Shown piece after piece: positions 1 through 10,488 of a stretch of 64,000 nucleotides of DNA. A program made the position numbers and the translations under genes. The notes under the pieces were generated by a model. That model was not told the origin of the DNA. It was given only the letters and a program-made list of their open reading frames with translations, and ran no database searches. Position 1 is the first letter of the stretch, and every line of letters starts with the position of its first letter. The stretch is from Octopus bimaculoides. Taxonomy: Eukaryota. The stretch is taken from contig NC_068994.1 of assembly GCF_001194135.2 (NCBI RefSeq), forward strand, positions 45,055,487-45,119,486. The letters are read 5' to 3'.

Positions 1-295
1 TACTTATAGAAACTTGGCAGTTGGCACAGGATGTCATAGCTGTGGTGTAAATTAGATAATTTAGGTAACTAACATTCAAGTTATCTAATGACAACAGATG
101 CTGCTCTGACCTCATGGGTCAAATCAGAGCAAGGCTTGAAAATGAGGAAGATGCTTTAATGGAATATTCTGAGCAACCAAATTCACTTCCGTTGTGCAAA
201 TGTTTGCCTGTATACAATTGTGAATGCTGGTATATAAAAGTTTATTTTGCAGAAGTCTTTAGATGAGTGCTACACTAGAGTGTTACATACAATAC

Positions 296-517
296 TTAAC
301 CCTTTTGATGCCAAACTGTCTGAGACTGTATTTGGCTCTAAGATACAAGTTTACTGTTTTGAAGTGATGTAAATTAAAAACTTCCTTCAACATTTCATGC
401 TAATTTATGTTCCAAACAACTTAATGACAGTTGTTTTACAAAATTCTTAATTATTTTCAAAATTATGTGAATCAAAGGCTGTGTATTTCAACAAAAATTT
501 AGTAGTAAAAGGGTTGA
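296..517. mobile_element. ~220-bp TTAA-type non-autonomous element, family 2; other copies at 21175-21394, ~6890-7060 and ~55640-55760
   Basis: Ends ttaacccttttga...taaaagggttga. The interior recurs in inverted orientation at the other sites. Confidence 0.5.
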
Positions 518-986
518 CATTAAACAAGAATATGTACATAAGCACTAAGTATCTGTTATAGGTGACACCAGGGTTGAATGAGAGAACAGTAGTGAGTATG
601 AAAGACAGGCTGGAGTCACTGAGAGCTCCCAAGCTAGCAAGATGTAAGAGGGACTAACTAACCTGGCTTGAGGTACCATTGTAGTATTTGTCTGAGGATA
701 CTGCAGTTTGTTTTGACTGTTATAACCTTGATTTCATCATCATCATCATTGATTAACATCTACTTTCCATGCTGGCACAGAACTGGCCAGACTCCAATTT
801 GTCTGTTGTGGCATGGTTTCTATGGCTGGATTCCCTTCCTAACAGTTTATTTAGAGACTTTTTTTTCAATTATGTAAGACTAACATTTATAGCGGGTGGT
901 AAGAAAGTAATTAATTAATTACCAACAACAGTATATTACGAGTACAATTCAAAGTTTTTTATTGATTTGTTTCTTTTTATTTTTAG

Positions 987-1030
987 CCCGCGGAGAGGAC
1001 GATGATGGCTGGACTACAGTTCGATACTAG
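987..1030 (+). CDS. EIF3A: Probable terminal coding exon of eukaryotic translation initiation factor 3 subunit A; upstream exons lie outside the window
   Basis: Strong acceptor tttctttttatttttAG (985-986), then (x)RGEDDDGWTTVRY-stop. This matches the recalled eIF3a C-terminus (human ...DEDGWTTVRR*). Only 14 codons are visible. Confidence 0.7.
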
Positions 1031-1423
1031 TGTTTGCTGCCAGCACTGATATTAGCTCATTAATGATATAACAAATAGGGATTTATCATCCCCAACACCG
1101 CTGCCATATTATTATTATTACTACTACAGCCCTTTAACAGAAGNNNNNNNNNNNNNNNNNNNNNNNNNNNNNNNNNNNNNNNNNNNNNNNNNNNNNNNNN
1201 NNNNNNNNNNNNNNNNNNNNNNNNNNNNNNNNNNNNNNNNNNNNNNNNNNNNNNNNNNNNTCTCCCCAACTTCCTGTATAAGGAGGTAAAACATCAAGGA
1301 CAATGCCCAGTCTATTTGACGGTCACTTTGGCCTGTCAACAACCTGCTGTATACCTTCTCTACCTCCTCCTATCAGCTGAATATTAACCCTGCTTCTCTC
1401 AGATTGCCAGGTTTCCCAAATAC

Positions 1424-1468
1424 AATAAATATAATAATAAATAAATAAATTCATTTTTTTTTTTTTTA
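1424..1468 (+). terminator. Likely polyadenylation signal cluster for the eIF3a-like gene
   Basis: Several overlapping AATAAA hexamers from 1424, followed by a T-rich tract, ~400 nt after the stop codon. Confidence 0.45.
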
Positions 1469-2519
1469 AATATATTTAAATATATCGTTCGATTGTGCTA
1501 ATTACCAAATGACAAGACTTTTCTGGTTATAACATATATATACATGCGCACACAAACACGTAAACATGTATCACAGGCGCACACATACGTATATTTGGGG
1601 CTCTTGTATTTTCTGTTACCCTTTGATTTTAAATGTGTTTAAATGTATAAACAATTCAATAAAACTGAAACTTTGGAAAAATTTAATTTATTTTATGAGA
1701 GTGATTCTAAAAGTGAATGCTTTATGCATCTCTTTATTACATTTCACTCAATTTGACATGACAGTAATTGAAACAAATTGTAACCAAACTCTTCATGTAC
1801 TATTTTATATTTGATGATTATCAAAATTTAGCTTTTTGAAGTTCCTTAGCATCCTTGCTTGTCAACATATCTCTTAATCGTTATTTAGTAGCTCCCCTAC
1901 ACATACAAGTAGTTCATATTTGAAACAACAGGTGATACAGATGTACTGGGAGGAACTGGGGTATGAGCCATTTTGATATTGCTGATTTGGCACTCTGTTT
2001 ATGCATGAATGAATGAAGAGGAAAGGTGTTTGTCAGTCAGGTTCAGATAACAAAATGTAATGTCAATTTATTTGTATGTATTTGGTTCCAAAACGTCAGC
2101 GTTCAAACAGCAACACCTGAACATCTCATTCCAAAGAAACGAGTGTTACACAGCACTGTCACCTCCAGCAATTCCAGTGTTGTACATAATTATCACCTCC
2201 AGCAATTTCAGTAAATTTAGGCACTCAATTTACACCAGTACACTAGCTGACTTCAGAAGTTCATCAACACCTCACCCTATCATATTTCTATCCACTCTTA
2301 CATCACTTTACAGGTCCCAGCTGTTATTGTCATGGTCGTTCCACACCAGCATTCACTAAGAATGATATCTGCTTGGCTGTGCAGCTTCTGAAATCCAGCC
2401 TGATCTATTCCTTTCTGTGTTCTCTCAACTACGACCTTACTCATTACAGGGTGTAGTGTTATTTCTTCAAGTGACTCCCTTTGGCAATTTGGTGTTAATC
2501 CCTTTTTTTTCACTTGTCT

Positions 2520-2850
2520 GGTATTCACATGCCTAAGGAGAATACTTAACATCAATTGGCTGCAAAGGGTCCAAAATGACACAATTGAGATGACAAAGGG
2601 CATGAATAGAATAAATGATGAAATCAGATGCTGGAACTGGATTGGACATGTTCTCAGACAAGATTGAAGAAGTGATTGTATAGTGGTGCTAAAATGACAG
2701 CCTGAGAGTAAGAGATTAGCAGGGTGCCCTAAAACCACATGGTGAAGGACCATTGACAAAGAAGGGTGGAGAAGCTAGATTTGATAACATAACAGCTGGT
2801 TAGAATGATCACGTTGCAGCCTTATGTGCCCCAGGGCACATAAAGAACTG
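2520..2850 (+). mobile_element. RTE-clade LINE 3' fragment
   Basis: CLRRILNINW..V.ND..WNWIGHVLRQ..G.PKTTW, with stop codons. Confidence 0.7.
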
Positions 2851-3099
2851 ACCAACCAGCATTCACACCAGCTCCAAAATTCTACTCATAAGTACATTCA
2901 TTCATTTGAAATTAACTTGTAATATTTTCATCCCTCCTGTATTGTATTGAGCTCAATGTGGCATTTATTTAGTTTCAGTGGGTGAACTGCTATTGGTAAC
3001 ACGTATGTTGTTTTACTTTGGTAGGAGAAACTCTTGATTGTTAGATTCAAAGTAATTCTGAACAAGATTGTTGGCCTTAGTTTCAAAAATCCATTTTCC

Positions 3100-3400
3100 A
3101 TCTGCTTTTATCTTTGTTGTCCCTTTCCCTGTGTTCAGCTTGGCTGTTCAAAAATGGTTGATACAGAGCCATGACTATTTCCTAAATTCCATTGATGTTC
3201 TTAAACAGCTTGAACTTGTCACTGGTGAAACACCAACTATAATCATTATTCCTTTCAACATCTCACTCATAGCTTAGGTACCCAATAAATTTAATACATT
3301 ATATGTATGTGTCAACAACAATGACAAGATGTCTCCATGAATGGACCAGCAAAATCTACTTGAGCTCTTCACCATTGCTGAACTATAGTCTTTTTTACAA
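3100..3400 (-). mobile_element. Possible highly degenerate Gypsy-type integrase remnant
   Basis: W*RAQVDFAGPFM followed, after a frameshift, by HLVIVVDTY resembles the integrase core start. Confidence 0.4.
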
Positions 3401-4149
3401 TTTGTCTTGTCGTATTCAATACAGATAATGCTTTCCAAAGATTTACACAAAGACTAATACCATTCTGGAGAAAATATTTACAAGATTTTTTTCTTCTTGG
3501 GTTAATGAAGTTGGTACAAATAATAGACCATTTCATTGAGAAGTCTATCTCTAATTTTACTTTCCATTTTGCAGAGAGAATGAGTGTTTCAGTAAATAGA
3601 TGCTCATGTCTTCAAATTCATGACTGTTACATTCTTGGCAATATCTATTTGTTTTAAGATACCCTTTAATGCATGAGGGTTTTCAGTGAACTCTTTTACT
3701 ATAGTGAAAGCCTTGTGGGACATCACTTAAGTTAGTAAATTGTGTGTGTGTATATATGTCCACAGGGGCTTATAAGCATTTTATATCTACCAAATTCCAC
3801 TCAACATTTGATCAACTCTGCCTGTTTCAAACTAATGCTACAAACATTTCTTAAATTAAGGATAAGACTTGAAGGGAGAATGCAATTAATTGAATATCAA
3901 CAACAGAACATATTCTGATAATTTTTATTGATCATGAATGGATGAAATGGAACAAAAAAAGTCATAACAAAACATTGTTCATAGATTTATCACATGGGAT
4001 TCTTTTTGGTGAGGTTATAGAATTCATGGTTTACCAAAACTATCGGGAGCATAAGCAAAATATATTGACTAAACCTTGGGAATTGAAACCATATTTGCAG
4101 GCTCTGTTCAAAGGAAATTTAGTTGTCTTACAATACACAACTCAGGATC

Positions 4150-5242
4150 CTAAAATGTAACCCACCAGGTATTTTGTTGTCGGGACATTTTTACTTGATT
4201 TGAAGGTTTTTTGATATGCTAAATCCAAAAATGGAATCCATTTTTTAACATCATGTCTAGATTTCAAGATAGCCAAACCCTGCAATCATTAGTGAGTGAT
4301 ATGCATGAACTTCGATTTTTCTCCTTGAGCAATAAAACTGGATACACCAAAAATCCATGGATGTTATGTATATGGGACAGCAGAGCCAGGAAAAAAAAAA
4401 AAACGTTGGGTGATCAAAGAATGGTCACAATGAACCATAATTCCAGGGTCTTTTAATGTGGTTGAACAGCCTCTAGTGCAACTGGGGAAAAAAATCATCC
4501 TGTCTCCACTCCATATCAAACTTGGCATTATGAAGCAGCTTGTTAAAGCTCTGGATAAAAATGAACCATGCTGTCACTCAATCAGCAACACATTTCCTGG
4601 TTTGAGTAGTGAACAGATAAAAGCTGGAGTATTTTACGGGCCTCAAATCAGAAAACTGATAAAAGATAGTAACTTTGTAAATTCAATGAATTGCATAGAA
4701 GCATGGAATTCATTTGTAATAATTGTCAACATGCTGGAGAACTTTCAAAAGTTGGGAGTGAATATGAGCGTACTCTCTACAGTTGCCTTGTGACAAGTTA
4801 CAAGTAGGGTGAGCATTTCCATTAGGACATAAAATCTACAAAGGGGTATCAAGGCAGATGGGGCTTGCATATAATGGCTGGAACTTGGCTCATGAACTTC
4901 CTGAGGTTCATCACTCGAAAAATTTCATTCAAATACAAATTCTTGTGGAATTAGGCAATAACAATGATGTAATTTGTTTATTAGTTTTTCAGTAGAATTT
5001 TAAGAAAACATTCTGGTTGTGAAGAAAAACCAATTTCTCTGTGTGTATTATGCCTGGTTCCTTATATGCTGTTTTATCGAAAAAAAAAACCCCACGAAAT
5101 TCTATGGATCCAATATCTTAAAATGTTGACATGGTAATAAATGGATATCATTTTCAGATTGTGTGTCAAAAAATCTTCTTGGCCTGTGTAATTATTGGAT
5201 GATGCACCACATTTAAATCATGATGACATTCTGTTGTTTGTG
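4150..5242 (+). mobile_element. Decayed Chapaev3-like (CMC superfamily) DNA transposon, internally deleted
   Basis: Fragments TGYTKNPWMLCIWDSRAR, PLHIKLGIMKQLVKALDK, IKAGVFYGPQIRKLIKD and GEHFH*DI resemble Chapaev3 transposases. Subterminal inverted repeats at ~4209-4247 and ~5139-5176. Confidence 0.65.
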
Positions 5243-5923
5243 CTACTCCATTGACTTCAGTAAAGATTTTTTCACATTGGTAATTAAAAGGCCACAAATT
5301 GAGAAGACAGGGAAAAAGGCACAAACTGCATGACATCATAATTGGATTAAATCCCAAATGAAAAGAAAACGTTTAGCTGATTCAATCAATTTCAATATAT
5401 TACTGGCCCTTGTTTTATTTAAATCTCTTGAAGGAATGATGGACAATGACAACCCTCAAGAGGATTTTAGAGTCAAGCTGTGCATAGGAACAAAGCTAAA
5501 GTTTCTTTCATCTTTGTGTTCTAAGCAGCCTCCCACTGCAATCCGTAGAAAGTGGAATGAAACCATAAAGATTTTGAATTTTGTGTTCTAAAACTAAATT
5601 AAGGAAGGGTTGGGGGAAAAGAGTACAAATTGTAGAGTACATTGGATAGAATGAACTTCATTGCATTCCAGGTACCTTTTCTACTGATTCCTTCCTTCCT
5701 TTCTTCCCCTACTCTCTGGAAGGATGAAAGACAAAGTGATTTCAGGGAGAGATTTGAATTTGGATCATGAAAGGATATAACAAAATACTTGGAGGCACTT
5801 TTACCATTTTTATATTCCAATACAAAAGCCCTACAAAAAATGTTGAGAAGAGGTGGATCCAAATGTAAGACAGAAGTCTATATACAGATAGAAAATGGAG
5901 GGGGGGGGGCTCCCTGTGAAATA

Positions 5924-6162
5924 TCACATTTTTCTCTTTTTCCGTTTGGGTGAACAAACATCTTTAGGAGCAGGCTTTATGTTACCCTCATCATCACTAT
6001 CATCATCGTCGTCATTGCTGTTATCGGAAGAGGGACTGTCTTCAGCAGAGTTACCTTCATCTAGCAGATCTGTATCTGTGGCCTTTGCAAGCCAAGCATT
6101 CTTTTTTTCCATGTCAACCAGCTTCATCACACTAACCATGGAACGACCAGCTTTCCTGGCAG
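5924..6162 (-). CDS. RPP30: RPP30 exon 11, terminal exon with acidic tail and basic NLS-like end
   Basis: Acceptor cccttacatAG, then AARKAGRSMVSVMK...DDDDDSDDEG...SPKRKKRKM-stop. Overlaps ORF 5924..6139. Confidence 0.92.
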
Positions 6163-7232
6163 CTATGTAAGGGTTGAGAAGTAGGATAAAACAATAAATA
6201 AGAGAAGAAGAAAAAAAAAAAAAAATTTAAACAATACAATTCTAACCCTAACCCTATGTTTCTGAGAAGAGGAATTTACATATTAATATTAATCCTTTAA
6301 CATTCAGATTTCTGTCAATTGCAATGCTTATTTATTCACATTGATAAAATTAGTCATACATTAGCTTGTAGCTTTGAGATTTCAACGCCGTGATCGTTTA
6401 TTTTTATAATATTTCAGGGTAAATTTGAGAGGCTGGAACTGGCCAGTTTGAAGATAAAACAGGTAGATTATTTTGGATGGATAAGGCCAGTTTAAATGCT
6501 AAAGGGTTAATGCAGTGTAGTCACCTACAGTTTCCAAGTTCAATCCCAGGCAAGGTGAGTCACAAGACACCTGAAAAAGGCTGATGCATACAACAGCTGA
6601 GGCACAGTGAAAGTAACAATTAAGATGAGAACAGGCACCATATGAAAACATTGTCAGGAATCCTGGACATACTTTTGCAGTTGACTGGAAGCATACAACA
6701 CTGCTTGTATTGTAGCGAGGTGAAGGAAAAGAAAAGTGGTAATCCAGTAACCTATGGGATAAAAACTGTGACTTAGATGCTTCACAGATTTGACTGCCTT
6801 CTAGCTTGTGATCATCTGGTTGTTTCTATATTTCGACAAAATATATTAGGGTGTGATTTGAGGAAAATTTGGCTGATATTTCTGTAGTCTTCTTAAAACC
6901 CTTTTGTTACTGTATTTCTGGTGAAATGCATTGATTTTGAAAATAACAAAGAATTTAGTAAAATAACTTTGTCATTTTTAAGTTGGTGTTTGGAACTAGG
7001 AACTAGATTCACATGAAATTTTGATGGAAGGTTTTAATTTAAATCATTTTAAAATAGGACATTTGTAACATACACCCAGAGATGGTCTTGGGCAGGTTGT
7101 GGTAAGAAGCTTGCTTCTCAACAACATGGTACCAGGTTCAGTCCCACTATGTGGCACCTTGGGCCACATAGCCTCAGGCCGACCAAAGCCTTGTGAGTGG
7201 ATTTGGGAGACGGAAACTGAAAGAAGCTCATC

Positions 7233-7264
<32 letters not shown>

Positions 7265-10200
7265 TTTTGTATCTGTGTTTGTCCCCCCACCATTGTTTGA
7301 CAACCAATGTTGGTGTGTTTATGTCCCTCTGTAACTTAGCAGTTTGGCAAAAGAAACCAATAGAATAAGTACCAGGTTTACAAAGAATAAATCCTGGAGT
7401 CGGTTTCTTTGACTAGAAGTTTCTTTAAGGTGATGCCCCAACACGGCCACAGTTAAATGACTGAAACAAGTAAAAGAATGAAAGAATAGTGCCAGTTGGA
7501 GTAAACAATACAAAACAAAACCAAAGACAAAGTGTGACTCACCTGCATGTGATAGGACTGACTGGCAATTAGTTGTGAGGGCAGCACGAACTTTGACTTC
7601 TGATAAACCAAGCATTAAACCTCTGGTAGCAAGAATGAGAGTCAAGGAAAAAATGGTGGGCACCTAGACAATAACACTGGTTACATTGCATGATATACTA
7701 AACAGTGCTTTGGCGTCTGTGTGTGTGTGTGTGTGATGGGCTGGAGGGGACGGGTGGTAGTATTCAAACCAAATGTAGCTATGCCAAAATAGCAAAGAGA
7801 GGGAGAGAGTAAAAGAGGGGTAGTGAAAGTCTGATAATGTTAATGCAAAATAGAATACATATTAGTATCACTGTCTTAATGTCTACATTTCCATGCTTAT
7901 GAAATTCTCAAGTTTCTTGGCATGAGGTATCAAGACAAGGAAACACACACACCACTGTTGTTGTTGTTGGCACTCCGTCGCTTACGACGTCGAAGGTTCC
8001 AGTTGATCCGATCAACGGAACAGCCTGCTCATGAAATTAACGTGCAAGTGGCTGAGCACTCCACAGACATGTGTACCCTTAACGTAGTTCTCGGGGGGGA
8101 TATTCAGCATGACACAGTGTGACAAGGCTGACCCTTTGAATTACAGGCACAACAGAAACAGGAAGTAAGAGTGAGAGAAAGTTGTGGTGAAAGAGTACAG
8201 CAGGGTTCGCCACCATCCCCTGCCGGAGCCTCGTGGAGCTTTAGGTGTTTTTCACTCAATAAACATTCACAACGCCCGGTCTGGGAATCGAAACCGCGAT
8301 CGTATGACCGCGAGTCCGCTGCCCTAACCACTGGGCCATTGTGCCTCCACTACACACGCACACACACGTACATACAAACAAACAAACAAACAAATGCATA
8401 TATATATATCAGCAGTAGCAAGGTGTGCAGCTGTGCAGTGGGGCTAGACCCTAGACAACATAGTTGGGAAGCAAGCTTTTAATTAAAGCTGAGACTTCCC
8501 TCTGTCGTTATACTTAACTTCAAAACACAGAACACTGAGTAGAGACATAGGGATACCTCAAGTTTGAATAAATGAATAAGCTCTACTATATGTATTCAGT
8601 ACTTACACACTTCATTTGGAAATTGAGAGAGAGAGAGAGTGATGGGTTGGGAGTTCAGCAGTTATTAAGAGTATCTCTCTGTTATAAAGGATACAGTACT
8701 CTCACATCATAGGGTCCTCGTAAGTCTAAGGTCTAAAGTAAAAGAAAAGGAAAGTAAAAACAAAAATATATACAAGACATTTCAACAAAAAGAAAGACTG
8801 CTGAAGTTTCTATAAATAGATATACAGCACTTTGGGTCATAGTAGTTGTTTAACCACAGGTTGGATTTGATACAGGAGACCTATGATCACAAACCTTGCA
8901 GCCTTGACCATTTCATCTTGTATTTGCACATAATATATCTACAGACTTGTCATCCACTGTTCCTTTCTATTTTTTTAAGGTGGTAGGTTATGATTTCAGT
9001 GATGAACTGGTGTCCCATTCAAGGGGGAATCTGGGTTAAACTTTAGCCTTACGATCCCTGGGGTTTGTGACAAACCTGAGACCTAAGAAAGGTATGATTT
9101 TTCAAAGATATTTGGTTGATATTTTTAGCATATTGAGTAGCCACATAGAGGCTCTTTCGATGGCAAATGTCAGCTATTTGTAACAGTTATAGTGTTGTTG
9201 ATGATATCAGAAGCACATGGCTAAATGGTTAAAAATGTTGGCCTCACAATCATAAGGTTGTGGGTTCAATTCCCAGACCAGGAGAAATATTTTGTCCTTG
9301 AGCAAGGCCTTTCCTTTCATGTTACTCGAATCTACTCAGTTGAAAATAAGTACCAGCTTAGTGTTAATGTTGCCCTTTCTCTCTCTCATCAGCTATCACA
9401 TCAATGCTTCACAGAGTTAAAGGCTGAAAGAGCCTAGAGGGTATACATGACTACTTGTGACTACACAAGCAGCTAAAAATATTAGTGAAGCATGGTACAT
9501 GCTAACAGGTCATACTCACTGGCAAGTGATGGCTACATATTTGTTTCATGTTGGTGATGAGGAGGAGGAGGAGGATAATTTAGTTGCTGATGGTGATATT
9601 CAATATTGTGAAATGTTGACAACACAGGCAACAAAAACATAGAAAAAAAAACAAGCCTGGTATGGAGATTTAGAATTACAATTGTGTGTATGGGTGTGTG
9701 CACATGCATACATGCATATATATATAATCAAACTAAAACATAGGCTAAACAATCATATATTAATTAATATCGATTTATTACCAGGAAGCTAGCACATTTA
9801 AAGAATCCGAGAGAATCAGAAAAAATATCTGAGATCTCAGGAGATTAAAGTATATGTTTATATATAATGTTGACCACTAAAGTGGACATTTAATGTGCTA
9901 GAAATAGACCACGTGTCTACTAAGACCTAAATTGTTCTCAAAACAAAATTCAGTGGAATACCAAAGCGTATGTGGGCAACAGTGAAAATTACAGAAATAA
10001 AACATGTTTAATAATGTTTTATTTCTGTAATTTTCACTGTCTTGCCCGCATATACTTTGGTATTCCGCTGAATTTCGTTTTGAGAACAATTTAGGTCTTA
10101 GTAGACACGTGGTCTATTTCTAGCACATTAAATGTCCACTTTAGTGGTCAACGTTATATACAAAAACATATATNNNNNNNNNNNNNNNNNNNNNNNNNNN

Positions 10201-10451
10201 NNNNNNNNNNNNNNNNNNNNNNNNNNNNNNNNNNNNNNNNNNNNNNNNNNNNNNNNTATATATATATATATATATAAAAGATAATAAGAGTGAAAAAACT
10301 ACAGAAGGCTTGTGTTACATGGTTAAAGTATATATTTAAATTATGTCAGAAAAATGTTAGAAAAACGTTAGAAAGATGTTATAAAATCTTTTTGGTATAT
10401 AAACATTGTATTTTGAGAAATAACCGGTTTCGTGTTGTCTTTTCAAATTTC

Positions 10452-10488
<37 letters not shown>

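Noticed and set aside
6243-6254. Telomere-like (TAACCC)2, also near 36817
   Set aside because: Only two units, so chance or TE-internal sequence.
7319-7663. ORF MPTIFSLTLILATRG... as a stand-alone 114-aa protein
   Set aside because: Only 7543-7622 is the RPP30 exon. The rest is intron or SINE sequence.
7956-8350. tRNA gene calls at SINE family A heads
   Set aside because: The tRNA-like head lacks a proper acceptor stem and continues into a ~320-bp body present in five copies, so these are SINEs.
9457-9642. ORF with a poly-Glu stretch, and a minus-strand GTGAGT donor near 9518
   Set aside because: The (GAG)n tract is a microsatellite. RPP30 exons 8 and 9 already join in frame without an extra exon.
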